From an uncultured Acidobacteriota bacterium (GTDB lineage Bacteria > Acidobacteriota > Terriglobia > Terriglobales > Acidobacteriaceae), in assembly GCA_963821145.1 (NCBI GenBank), contig CAWGCV010000009.1, forward strand, positions 36,412-100,411: a stretch of DNA of 64,000 nt, given 5' to 3'. Both the position numbers and the translations under genes were made by a program. Within the stretch, counting starts at the first letter, position 1; every line of letters begins with the position of its first letter. The notes beneath the pieces are model-generated. The model saw only the letters and a list, made by a program, of their open reading frames with translations, was not told the origin of the DNA and did no database searches. Below, piece by piece: positions 38,095 through 47,394 of the stretch.

Positions 38095-38767
38095 CATCTC
38101 CATGCAGGAGCGACTAAGCGCGAGATCAGAAATTCTCTCTCGGATTCGTTCTGCAAACCGAGGAATTTTCGGGGCGGATCGGGATAAAAAGCCGGACGAA
38201 TCCTGGCAGACCATCCCCCGACAGTACCGGCGCAGCGGATCACTAGCGGATACTGGGCGTCTCAAACTCCTCACGGAGCGGTTGGTCGACTACGGCGCGG
38301 GGGTATATCAATGTCCGGCGCTGGAGACCGCTGCCCACGTCGCAGAAATTCTGCGGTCTCGAATGAAGCAGAAAATCCTGGTGTCATCCAACGTCGACCC
38401 GAGCTGGTTGCCGCAGGATGGCCTGAAGTTTGTCTACGACGATGCATTGCCCTATTCCGAGATTGAGGCCTGCGATGGGGTATTGACGGGATGTACCGTC
38501 GCGATTGCAAGCACGGGAACCCTGGCCTTATGTCACATTTCCGGCTGCGGCCGCCGTGCCCTAAGCCTGCTTCCGGATTACCATCTTTGCATCGTCAATG
38601 GATCCCAGATTGTCGAAACTGTGCCAGAGGGATTTCGCGCACTGGAAGCACATCGCTTGCAGCCCATCACCTTAATCTCTGGCCCATCTGCCACCGCAGA
38701 TATCGAGATGACGCGCATTCAGGGAGTGCATGGGCCGCGCGTGCTGGACTGCGTGATTGTCATCTGA
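38087..38767 (+). CDS. lutC: L-lactate utilization protein LutC (LUD domain)
   Basis: The start MSDISMQERL.. overlaps the lutB stop (ATGA). The C-terminus is LUD-type (GCTVAIASTGTLAL..LLPDYHLCIV..ISGPSATADIEMTRIQGVHGP). The ORF-track start at 37943 is an upstream extension inside lutB. Confidence 0.85.
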   Translation: MSDISMQERLSARSEILSRIRSANRGIFGADRDKKPDESWQTIPRQYRRSGSLADTGRLKLLTERLVDYGAGVYQCPALETAAHVAEILRSRMKQKILVSSNVDPSWLPQDGLKFVYDDALPYSEIEACDGVLTGCTVAIASTGTLALCHISGCGRRALSLLPDYHLCIVNGSQIVETVPEGFRALEAHRLQPITLISGPSATADIEMTRIQGVHGPRVLDCVIVI

Positions 38768-38815
38768 AGCTTTCAACGAAAGCCACCTTCATTGGCGCTT
38801 TCGCCAAGTAGATAG

Positions 38816-39961
38816 TTGTACATTGGAAACAATTCATTACAGGTGACTCGGTTGGCAAAGACATCGCCCAAGCGGCTCTATCTCATCCCGGTTCTCTCTA
38901 AGGCGCTCGACGTGTTGGAAATTCTCCAGCGCGAGCGTAAGCCTATGTCGTTGGAGACCATGCATCACCGGACGAAAATCTCAAAGACTACGGTGTATCG
39001 CATCCTGAAAACCTTGACGCATAGGGGCTACATCGCCCAGTCGCAAGATGGGCTCTATCGACCGATCAGCAGCCCCACCAAGAAAGTATTCGGTTTCGGT
39101 TGCCAGTCCGGTGATATGTCTTTCTCGCAGGCAGTCACCAAGAGCTTGCAATCCGCAGCCGCCGATACCGGAATCGATCTACTAATTCTCGACAACCAAT
39201 ACGATCCGACGATTGCGGTACGGAACGCAGACGAATTTATCCGTCACGGAGTCGATCTCGTGATTGACTTTCAAGTGGATCAGGACGTAGCCGCCATTAT
39301 CGGCGACAAGATTGCCGGCGCCGGCATTCCCTTGATTGCTGTCGATATCCCACATCCGCATGCAGTATTTTTTGGAGTCGACAATTTTCGGGTTGGTTTC
39401 GAGGCAGGGCAATTACTTGCCCGTTACGCACAACAGAACTGGGGCGGCAAGCCGAGCTGGGTTCTTGGCCTCGACCTTGCTGAAGCGGGCCCGCTGGTTC
39501 AGAGTCGAATCACCGGCGCATTTGAAGGTGTGCGGGCAAACCTAACGGGCGTTCCCATCGAAGCCTTTGTTCGCATGGATGGCCGCGGCTTGCAGGACAT
39601 CAGCTATCATCTGGTCTTGGATTTTCTCCATCGCCACCCCAAGGACAAGGGCATTTTGATTGCCGCCGCCACGGATGCCAGTGCCCTGGGGGCGGTCCAG
39701 GCCGCTCGTGCGTTGAAGCGCGAGCGTTATGTCGCCGTCGTCGGACAGGACTGTATTGAAGAGGCGCTGGAAGAAATTGCGTCCCCTCGAAGCCCACTGA
39801 TCGGCTCGGTCTCACACGAAGCAGACACCTATGGCGCACGCCTGATCCAGCTAGGCCTTTCCATGTTGGCCGGCCGAAACGTTCCGCCATATAACTACGT
39901 GGAACACAGAGTGGTCGAACGGCCGCAATCGCTTCCAGACAGTACAAAATCGAGGAAATAA
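38816..39961 (+). CDS. Hybrid transcriptional regulator: IclR-type winged-helix HTH fused to a periplasmic-binding-protein-like (LacI/RbsB-type) sugar-binding domain
   Basis: N-terminal LSKALDVLEILQRERKPMSLETMHHRTKISKTTVYRILKTLTHRGYI (IclR-like HTH). The remaining ~290 aa are PBP type I-like (FGFGCQSGDMSFSQAV..DLLILDNQYDP..IPLIAVDIP..FFGVDNFRVGFEAG). The ORF starts at a TTG, and the exact start is uncertain. Confidence 0.7.
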   Translation: MYIGNNSLQVTRLAKTSPKRLYLIPVLSKALDVLEILQRERKPMSLETMHHRTKISKTTVYRILKTLTHRGYIAQSQDGLYRPISSPTKKVFGFGCQSGDMSFSQAVTKSLQSAAADTGIDLLILDNQYDPTIAVRNADEFIRHGVDLVIDFQVDQDVAAIIGDKIAGAGIPLIAVDIPHPHAVFFGVDNFRVGFEAGQLLARYAQQNWGGKPSWVLGLDLAEAGPLVQSRITGAFEGVRANLTGVPIEAFVRMDGRGLQDISYHLVLDFLHRHPKDKGILIAAATDASALGAVQAARALKRERYVAVVGQDCIEEALEEIASPRSPLIGSVSHEADTYGARLIQLGLSMLAGRNVPPYNYVEHRVVERPQSLPDSTKSRK

Positions 39962-39969
39962 ATTACAGG

Positions 39970-39987
39970 TGTTTCACATCTGAAACA
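39970..39987. promoter_or_regulatory. Inverted repeat TGTTTCA-CATC-TGAAACA upstream of the rhamnose genes
   Basis: Perfect 7-bp arms, 9 nt after the regulator's stop and ~205 nt upstream of rhaEW. No U-tract follows, so it is more operator-like than terminator-like. Confidence 0.3.
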
Positions 39988-40191
39988 GTTGCCCTATTGT
40001 ATGATCATGGAAGCTAGCGGTCTGCTCGCAAACCGACACAGATATGCTGTAAGGTAGGGCGTCTGCATTCCGTTACCGGATCCCGGGTTCAGGCATGCTG
40101 CGCATCCTCTGAAGACCCTGCGAATCCGTTTCAATTCTTATTTGGGCCAGAATAGAGAACTTCCTCGCCCGCAACTGCTAGAAGGGGCATA

Positions 40192-42399
40192 ATGCCGAAT
40201 CGTTACCTGGAAAATCGCTGGGACAAGAACATTGCCGCGACGTTAACTGAACCCGAACTCCTACGCTATCGCTCTAACCTGCTCGGATCTGATTTGCGCA
40301 TCACCAATTATGGTGGCGGAAACACCAGCTCGAAGGTCACTCAGGCAGATCCGCTGAACGGGAAGCCTACGCAAGTATTGTGGGTCAAAGGGAGTGGCGG
40401 CGATCTCGGCACCATTTCCATCCACGGCTTCGCAACTCTTTATCTGGACAAATTCTGCGACCTCGCCGGAATCTATCGCGGGGTTGAGCATGAAGACGAC
40501 ATGGTCAAGTTCTATCCGCTCTGCGCATTTGGCGAGAATACCGTTGCCGCGTCGATCGATACCCCTCTCCACGCCTTCCTCCCTGCAAAGCATGTTGACC
40601 ATTTGCATCCCGACTGGGGAATCGCGCTGGCAGCCGCAGCCAATGGCGAAGAGCGAATGCAGGAATTCAACAGGCGCTTCAAACGCCAGTTGGTGTGGCT
40701 ACCCTGGCAGCGCCCGGGTTTTGAACTCGGCTTGATGTTGAAGCGTGCCGTTGAAACCAATCCAAACTGCGATGGGATCGTCCTCGGTGGCCACGGATTA
40801 TTTTCCTGGGGAGAAACTTCGGAATCCTGCTACCTGAACACCATCGAGCTCATCGATCAGCTGGGTCAGTTTGTACAGGAGCATGTTGACGCGGCGGGAA
40901 ATAAACTTTTCGGCGGCCCACTCTATTCATCGCATCCGCAGCGTGAAGCCATCGCGGTCGACCTGCTGCCCTTCCTTCGTGGACGCCTGTCGAATCCGCT
41001 GCGAGTCATCGGCAACTACTCCGCGCTTCCCGAGGTCTTGCGATTTGTAAATGCGAAAGAAGCAGAGACACTGGCTGGACTTGGCACCAGTTGTCCCGAC
41101 CATTTCATTCGCACCAAGGTTCGGCCTCTGTTTGTTTCTTGGAATCCGTCCCACGATGCACCGCAGTTGCGTGCCGAATTCGACGCGGCCCTGGAGAAGT
41201 ATCGACAGGATTATGCCGAGTACTATCGCGCCCACGCTTTGCCTGACTCACCGGCGATGCGGCCGGCTAATCCAGCGATCGTTTTAATCCCAGGCATCGG
41301 GATGTTCAGTTTCGCCAAGAGCCGGACCGAAGCGCGCCTCGCCTCCGAATTCTATGTGAATGCCATTCACGTGATGGAAGGGGCGTCAGCGCTGGCCGAC
41401 GTAGATGCTACGAAGAAAAATCACGAGGAATATCCGCAGGCGGGACCGGCAGCGCCATCATCGGCTTTTGAGAGTTACTCCAACTACGTTGCGCTGCCCA
41501 TTGGCGAGGCATTCCGGATCGAATACTGGGCTCTCGAGGAGGCGAAACTTCGCCGCCAGCCACCGGAGAAACCGCTCAGCCGCCGCGTCGCCATGATCGT
41601 GGGTGGGGGCAGCGGTATCGGCCGCGAGGCTGCGCTTTTGGCTGGAGCCAGCGGAGCCACGGTTGCCGTCGCCGATCGCAACGTTCCTGCAGCAGAAGCT
41701 GTTGTCGCCGACCTTAGAAAGCGCTATGGCCGCGATGCCGCACATGCAATCGAAATCGACATCACGCAGGAAGCATCCATCCGGGCTGCCCTTCGTGCCG
41801 TCATTGCATATTGTGGAGGCCTCGATCTCCTCATCAATACAGCCGCTCTTTTCCCCGCGTCGGCGGACAACACCACTTCTCAGGCGCAATGGGGAAAGAC
41901 CCTCGAAATTAATGTCACCGCCAACTATTTTCTCGCTGAGCAAGCGGCTCACATCTTCCGTGAACAGGGTCTGGACGCGAGTATCGTGCTCACGAGTTCG
42001 GCAAACGCGGTCGTGGCAAAACGTGGCAGCGAAGCCTATGACGTGAGTAAGGCCGCCGTCAGCCATCTGGTTCGCGAGCTGGCAGTTTCGCTTTCGCCAC
42101 TGGTCCGCGTCAACGGTATCAGCCCTGCAACCGTTATCCGGGGGTCTACTATGTTTCCGCGCGAGAGAGTCATAGCGTCCCTGAAGAAGTACAACATCAA
42201 CTTCGACGCCGCATCGACTGACGACGAACTTCGCGATCTTCTTGCGGAGTTTTACGCGCAGCGTACTCTGACGCATCAACCGATCGATCCTGTCGACTGC
42301 GCGAGAGCGGCTTTGTTCCTTGCCGGGCCAGAAGCGCGGTGTACCACCGGACATATTGTCCCAGTCGATGGCGGCCTGACCGAGGCCTTCTTGCGGTGA
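40192..42399 (+). CDS. rhaEW: Bifunctional rhamnulose-1-phosphate aldolase / lactaldehyde (short-chain) dehydrogenase
   Basis: 735 aa. N-terminal class-II aldolase region (NRWDKN..LLRYRSNLLGSDLRITNYGGGNTSSKV). C-terminal SDR with VGGGSGIGRE and YDVSKAA (YxxxK). Confidence 0.88.
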   Translation: MPNRYLENRWDKNIAATLTEPELLRYRSNLLGSDLRITNYGGGNTSSKVTQADPLNGKPTQVLWVKGSGGDLGTISIHGFATLYLDKFCDLAGIYRGVEHEDDMVKFYPLCAFGENTVAASIDTPLHAFLPAKHVDHLHPDWGIALAAAANGEERMQEFNRRFKRQLVWLPWQRPGFELGLMLKRAVETNPNCDGIVLGGHGLFSWGETSESCYLNTIELIDQLGQFVQEHVDAAGNKLFGGPLYSSHPQREAIAVDLLPFLRGRLSNPLRVIGNYSALPEVLRFVNAKEAETLAGLGTSCPDHFIRTKVRPLFVSWNPSHDAPQLRAEFDAALEKYRQDYAEYYRAHALPDSPAMRPANPAIVLIPGIGMFSFAKSRTEARLASEFYVNAIHVMEGASALADVDATKKNHEEYPQAGPAAPSSAFESYSNYVALPIGEAFRIEYWALEEAKLRRQPPEKPLSRRVAMIVGGGSGIGREAALLAGASGATVAVADRNVPAAEAVVADLRKRYGRDAAHAIEIDITQEASIRAALRAVIAYCGGLDLLINTAALFPASADNTTSQAQWGKTLEINVTANYFLAEQAAHIFREQGLDASIVLTSSANAVVAKRGSEAYDVSKAAVSHLVRELAVSLSPLVRVNGISPATVIRGSTMFPRERVIASLKKYNINFDAASTDDELRDLLAEFYAQRTLTHQPIDPVDCARAALFLAGPEARCTTGHIVPVDGGLTEAFLR

Positions 42400-43931
42400 A
42401 ACTCCCAGCTGATCGGCGGGCCATCGTTGCCGTTGATTTAGGCGCACAAAGTTGCCGTGTGTCTCTGCTCCGTTGGCTTCCAGAAGGCCCCAGAATTCAG
42501 TTGGTTCATCGCGTGGCCAACGCACCGGTGGAAAGCAAAGGTCAGCTACGCTGGAATCTTTCCTTGATCTGCTCTGCTGCGGACGAAGGCATGCGCCAAT
42601 GTGCGGCAATCGCGACGGAAGGAATTGCAGCTGTCGGCGTCACCGGATGGGCGGTGGATTATGTTCGCCTGAACGATAACTTTCCCGCCGCATCCTCAGA
42701 TTCTCGGCGTCTCACACCGATCGCCGATCCATTTTGTTATCGCGACCCACGTACCGGGGCCGCGATGGAGGCGCTCCACGCAAAGATTCCACCCGAACGA
42801 CTCTACGCGCTCACCGGGATCCAGGTGCTCCCTTTAAACACTCTGTACCAGTTGTATGCGGATGGAATCGCCGGTGTCCCGGCAAATCTTCCATGGCTGA
42901 ATTTGCCCGAGTACCTGCTCTATCGCTGGGGTGCGAAACCGGTTGCAGAATACACCAACGCCACCCACACCTCGATGGTCGCGCTCGGCAAGCAACAGTG
43001 GTCGCAAGAGGTTTTTGATGGAGCCGGCTTGGATATCTCCGCCGCTCCTGAAATTGTGCCGCCGGGTTCCATCGTTGGCTTCCTGCAGGGCCCACTCACC
43101 GACCTTCCTGCTCTGCGAAACACGATGCTGATTGCTCCTGCCTGTCACGACACCGCTTCCGCCATCGCGGGAATTCACGCGCACGGCGATGATTGGGCCT
43201 ACATCAGCTCCGGCACCTGGTCGTTGGTCGGCACCTTACTGGATCACCCTTGCGCCGGGCCCGAATCCGCCAGCTTGAACTTTACAAATGAAGGCGGCGT
43301 TGGCGGAGCGATCTGCTTCCTGCGCAATATCAATGGACTCTGGCTACAGGATCAATGCATGGAAACCTGGAAGGCAGCCGGCGAAAGTCATTCCGTGGAG
43401 GATTTGATCGAAGCCGCCTCCAAGCTCCCTTCTCCGGAGTCTTTGATTGACGTGGATGATCCGCAGTTGATTGCTCCAGGAAAAATTCCCGAGCGCATTG
43501 CAACGCAACTTGAAAATGCAGGTATTTCTGCGAAACCGTTTCTCTCCTCGCCTCCGGCTATGGTCAATCTGATTCTTCACAGCCTCGCAGCACGGTATGC
43601 GGCCGTCATCGATCAGATTGAGACCCTGACGTCGAAGAGGTTTCGACGGCTCTATATTGTTGGCGGCGGCAGCCGAAATCTTTTGTTGAACCGCCTCACA
43701 CAACGAGCGACCCAGCTGGAACTGGTGTGTGGAGCGCAAGAGAGCTCCACCCTGGGAAATATATCCATTCAACTGGCTGCTCTGGAAAAACAGCAGTTCG
43801 ACCCAATAGGCGAATATCGTGAGAATGTGCAACAGGCAGGGGTGGACCGCGAGGCAGTCTCCTCCTGGGCAGGTATGCTTGCGGATGCGCAATTGCAATC
43901 CACTTCAACCATGCAATCGTCCCGTGCATAA
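42396..43931 (+). CDS. rhaB: Rhamnulokinase (FGGY carbohydrate kinase family)
   Basis: FGGY N-terminus IVAVDLGAQSCRVSLL. A GTGA overlap with the rhaEW stop makes GTG 42396 the likely start (the ORF track extends to 42339). It sits between rhaEW and rhaI. Confidence 0.82.
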   Translation: MKLPADRRAIVAVDLGAQSCRVSLLRWLPEGPRIQLVHRVANAPVESKGQLRWNLSLICSAADEGMRQCAAIATEGIAAVGVTGWAVDYVRLNDNFPAASSDSRRLTPIADPFCYRDPRTGAAMEALHAKIPPERLYALTGIQVLPLNTLYQLYADGIAGVPANLPWLNLPEYLLYRWGAKPVAEYTNATHTSMVALGKQQWSQEVFDGAGLDISAAPEIVPPGSIVGFLQGPLTDLPALRNTMLIAPACHDTASAIAGIHAHGDDWAYISSGTWSLVGTLLDHPCAGPESASLNFTNEGGVGGAICFLRNINGLWLQDQCMETWKAAGESHSVEDLIEAASKLPSPESLIDVDDPQLIAPGKIPERIATQLENAGISAKPFLSSPPAMVNLILHSLAARYAAVIDQIETLTSKRFRRLYIVGGGSRNLLLNRLTQRATQLELVCGAQESSTLGNISIQLAALEKQQFDPIGEYRENVQQAGVDREAVSSWAGMLADAQLQSTSTMQSSRA

Positions 43932-43966
43932 AAACAGCGCAATAGCGCAGAACGAGGAAATCGTCC

Positions 43967-45184
43967 ATGACTACAACTGGTCCATCGAATGCAGATTCAC
44001 TTGCCATCACTGACCGCCTGTCAAAGCAGCTGGATCAATTTGCGATCGAAGTTCCATCGTGGGGCTTCGCCAACACGGGCACGCGCTTTGGAAAGTTTGT
44101 CCAGCCCTCGGCTGCTAGCACGCTGGAGGAAAAATTTGCGGATGCTGCCCAGGTGAATCAGCTTTCCGGCGCCAGCCCCAGCATGGCGACGCACGTCTTA
44201 TGGGATTTCCCAAATGGCCTGGGGGATGTCGCCAAGGTTCGCGACCTCAGTCGGCATTACGGAATTCGGGCGGGAGCGATCAATCCAAATCTTTTCGAGA
44301 GCCAGCAGTATAAGTTTGGCTCGTTCGGCAATCCTGACCCGGCAATCCGGCAGCAAGCTCTTGATCACGTGCTGGAGTCCGTCGCCATCGCCCAGGAATT
44401 AGACAACGCCGACGTTTCTCTCTGGTTCGCCGATGGGTCGAATTATCCCGGCACGCAAAACATCCGCCACCGCATCGATTGGTTTCAGGAGGGGCTATCG
44501 AAAACCCACGCGGCCCTTGCGCCGGGCCAACGCATGTTGGTCGAGTACAAACCGTTCGAGCCAGCTTTCTACCACACAGATATCGCGGACTGGGGAATGG
44601 CGCTGCTATTTGCGCGCGCGGCTGGGCCCCAGGCTTTCGTTCTAGTCGATACCGGTCATCACTATCAGGCACAAAATATTGAGCAAATTCTGGCGTGGCT
44701 GCAACGTGAAAAAATGCTCGGCGGTTTCCACTTCAACGATCGCCGATATGCGGACGACGATCTCACCTTGGGCTCCATCGATCCTTATCAGGTCTTTCGC
44801 CTGTTCCATGAGATTTTGTCGTACCACTCGGAGCATCCGGGCGCGACGGCGCCAGCCTATCTCGTCGATCAAAGTCACAATCTGAAAAATAAAGTGGAAG
44901 CCATGTTACAAACTGTGCTGATTGCGCAGGAACTGTATGCGAAAGCCTGCCTGGTCGATCACGCGAAGCTCGCGAAACTACAGCATGAATGCCGCCTGGT
45001 AGAAGCGGAGGAATGCTTGCGTTCCGCCTTCTGGACCGACGTGCGACCGGCTCTGCGACAGTGGAGACGCGAGCGCGGACTTGCCGAAGATCCGCTGCAG
45101 GCGCTTCGCGACAGCGGGTACATCGAACGCGCAGCCTCGGAGCGGGGGAGCAAAAATAAGAGTGCCGTTTCGAGTTATGCCTGA
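43967..45184 (+). CDS. rhaI: L-rhamnose isomerase, xylose-isomerase-like TIM-barrel (RhaI) type
   Basis: 405 aa. FAIEVPSWGFANTGTRFGKF.. and VDTGHHYQAQNIEQI, HFNDRRYADDDLTLGS are typical of the RhaI-type isomerase found next to rhaEW/rhaB. Confidence 0.8.
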   Translation: MTTTGPSNADSLAITDRLSKQLDQFAIEVPSWGFANTGTRFGKFVQPSAASTLEEKFADAAQVNQLSGASPSMATHVLWDFPNGLGDVAKVRDLSRHYGIRAGAINPNLFESQQYKFGSFGNPDPAIRQQALDHVLESVAIAQELDNADVSLWFADGSNYPGTQNIRHRIDWFQEGLSKTHAALAPGQRMLVEYKPFEPAFYHTDIADWGMALLFARAAGPQAFVLVDTGHHYQAQNIEQILAWLQREKMLGGFHFNDRRYADDDLTLGSIDPYQVFRLFHEILSYHSEHPGATAPAYLVDQSHNLKNKVEAMLQTVLIAQELYAKACLVDHAKLAKLQHECRLVEAEECLRSAFWTDVRPALRQWRRERGLAEDPLQALRDSGYIERAASERGSKNKSAVSSYA

Positions 45185-45223
45185 TTCTGCCACGCTGCAT
45201 CGACCCGGGTTACACTTGAGAAC

Positions 45224-46363
45224 ATGAAAAAAATCACCCGGAGAAAATGCATTGTGGGGCTTGCAAGCCTGCCGTTGGTCAACCAGTTATCTTTGGCGGC
45301 CAGCGGGCGCAGCAAGCGAATCTACATTGGCACCTATACCAAGAAATCCAGCCAGGGTGTGTACGTGTACCGCTGGAAACCTGAGTCCGGCGAGATGGAA
45401 GAGATTGGCCTTGCCGCAAAAACTCAAAATCCAAGTTTTCTGACCCTGTCTCCGAACCGTAACGATCTATATTGCGTGAATGAACAGGACCACGCGACCG
45501 GAAATGTTTCCGCGTTTGCGATCGATCACACGACCGGAAAGCTGATCGCCAAAAATGTTGTCCCATCAGGTGGCTCCGCTCCTTGTAACCTGACAACGGA
45601 TCACACGGGCCAGGCCCTTTTCGTCGCAAACTACGGTAGCGGCAGCGTGGCCAGTTACAAGATTCTTTCCGGTGGCGGGTTAAGCGAGCCTGTCACCAAC
45701 ATCTTCTTCAAAGGCCACAGCATCGATCCTGAACGGCAGAAGGAGGCTCACACTCATTGCACAACTGTGTCTCCGGAAAACAAATATCTATTGGTGAACG
45801 ATCTCGGCCTGGATCGCATCATGGTATTTCATTCTGATCCCAAGACCGCGAAACTCACACCGAACGATCCCCCCTATTACAGCGCAACGCCCGGTTCCGG
45901 CCCGCGCAACCTGACCTTCCACCCGAACAAAAAATGGGCTTACTCGATTGCAGAAATGGGAAGCATTATTGAATGCATGGATTGGAATGGTGACAAGGGA
46001 ACACTCACTCGCTTCCAGGTGATTTCATCGTTGCCGAAGGAGCACAAATCTCCCACGGACGCGGCGACGGTACAGGTTCATCCCAATGGACGTTTTCTTT
46101 ACGGCTCGAATCGCGGAGACGACAGCATCACTGCCTTTTCAATCGATCCCGCGAATGGCCACCTCACATTGATACAGAGAATTTCTTGCGAAGGAGGCAG
46201 CCCGCGACATTTCGCCGTTGCACCAGATGGTCGATGGCTGGTTGTGGGCAACCAGGACACGGCAAATATCGTCATCCTGAAATGTGACCCCGCAACTGGA
46301 AAGCTCGCAGCCACCGGCCGACAGTATCCGCTGGACTCCCCAGTCTGCGTCGTCTTTGACTAA
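45224..46363 (+). CDS. Exported 7-bladed beta-propeller lactonase-family protein (6-phosphogluconolactonase-like, PF10282 type)
   Basis: N-terminal signal with RR (KKITRRKCIVGLASLPLV..AASG). IYIGTYTKKSSQGVYVY..NPSFLTLSPNRNDLYCVNE and repeated propeller blades. Confidence 0.75.
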   Translation: MKKITRRKCIVGLASLPLVNQLSLAASGRSKRIYIGTYTKKSSQGVYVYRWKPESGEMEEIGLAAKTQNPSFLTLSPNRNDLYCVNEQDHATGNVSAFAIDHTTGKLIAKNVVPSGGSAPCNLTTDHTGQALFVANYGSGSVASYKILSGGGLSEPVTNIFFKGHSIDPERQKEAHTHCTTVSPENKYLLVNDLGLDRIMVFHSDPKTAKLTPNDPPYYSATPGSGPRNLTFHPNKKWAYSIAEMGSIIECMDWNGDKGTLTRFQVISSLPKEHKSPTDAATVQVHPNGRFLYGSNRGDDSITAFSIDPANGHLTLIQRISCEGGSPRHFAVAPDGRWLVVGNQDTANIVILKCDPATGKLAATGRQYPLDSPVCVVFD

Positions 46364-46382
46364 CCAAGAGAAGAGAATCTGC

Positions 46383-47342
46383 ATGCGTGTTGGAGTATTT
46401 ACGCCGCTGTTGTCCCAGCTGCCGCTGAAGGATGTGCTGGCGAAACTTAAGGCGCTACACATTTCCACGGTAGAACTCGCCACTGGAAATTATCCTGGCG
46501 ATGCCCACTGCAAATTGACTATGTTACAAGACACCGGCCAGCTGGCCGACTTCCGGCGCCTGCTCGCAGATCAAGGAATCAGCATCAGCGCTCTCAGTTG
46601 CCACGGAAACGCGTTGCATCCCAACCCAGCACGTGCGCAAGAGGCTCGAGAGACCAGTCGCAAAACAATTCTCCTGGCAGAGAAGCTTGGCGTTCCGGTT
46701 GTCGTCGACTTCTCCGGGTGTCCTGGCGATTCCCCTCAAGCCACCGCGCCCAACTGGGTCACGTGCCCCTGGCCGCCCGACTACCTCGAGGTTCTCGATT
46801 GGCAGTGGAATGAAATCGTCACTCCGTATTGGATCGAACATGGAAAGTTCGCGGCGCAGCACAATGTCAAAATCGCCATCGAAATGCATCCGGGCTTTGT
46901 CGTGTACAGTCCGGAAACACTACTGCGCCTGCGTGCCATTGCGGGGCCAGCGGTTGGATGTAATTACGATCCCAGTCACATGTTCTGGCAAGGCATCGAT
47001 CCCATCGCCGCCATCCGCATATTGGGAGATGCCATCTTCCATGTGCATGCGAAAGACACGCAACTATATCCGGCCAACCTATCACGAACAGGCGTATTGG
47101 ACACCAAGCCGTACACCGATGAGAAAAATCGCGGTTGGATTTTCCGTACCTGCGGCTATGGCCACGGAGCGGAATGGTGGAAGGAATTTGCTTCCACCTT
47201 ACGGATGTTCGGCTACGACGATGTGCTTTCCATCGAGCATGAAGATAGCCTGATGTCCCCCGAAGAGGGTTTGACCAAAGCAGCGCAGTTTCTGCGTGAA
47301 CTTGTCATTGAGCAGCAACCCACAGCCGCGTGGTGGACTTGA
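46383..47342 (+). CDS. Sugar phosphate isomerase/epimerase-family protein (xylose isomerase-like TIM barrel)
   Basis: The start MRVGVFTPLL.. is at ATG 46383 (the ORF-track start 46284 overlaps the lactonase). KIAIEMHPGFVVYS, NYDPSHMFWQGID and HVHAKDT are metal-ligand patterns of this fold. Confidence 0.8.
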   Translation: MRVGVFTPLLSQLPLKDVLAKLKALHISTVELATGNYPGDAHCKLTMLQDTGQLADFRRLLADQGISISALSCHGNALHPNPARAQEARETSRKTILLAEKLGVPVVVDFSGCPGDSPQATAPNWVTCPWPPDYLEVLDWQWNEIVTPYWIEHGKFAAQHNVKIAIEMHPGFVVYSPETLLRLRAIAGPAVGCNYDPSHMFWQGIDPIAAIRILGDAIFHVHAKDTQLYPANLSRTGVLDTKPYTDEKNRGWIFRTCGYGHGAEWWKEFASTLRMFGYDDVLSIEHEDSLMSPEEGLTKAAQFLRELVIEQQPTAAWWT

Positions 47343-47394
47343 TAGATTTTAGAACACTCGCGATGGTCATGTAGCCGTTATCTAAGGAGCGGAA

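Noticed and set aside
38769-38783. Small hairpin GCTTTC-AAC-GAAAGC after lutC; similar weak hairpins after the nitroreductase gene (30360-30410, CCAAAA-TTCG-TTTTGG and GAGA-TGCCG-TCTC followed by T6)
   Set aside because: The stems are short or AT-rich. The lutC hairpin lacks a U-tract, and the 30395-30410 element has only a 4-bp stem. These are not convincing intrinsic terminators.
38836-38845. 10-mer ATTACAGGTG present both here (inside the 5' end of the longest regulator ORF, upstream of alternative starts) and at 39962-39971 (after the regulator gene)
   Set aside because: A single shared 10-mer in 64 kb is within chance expectation. The flanks do not align beyond it.
41458-42609. 383-aa minus-strand ORF
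   Set aside because: It is antisense to rhaEW and rhaB, whose motifs (SDR TGxxxGxG/YxxxK, FGGY) are clear. The translation is low-complexity and Arg-rich.
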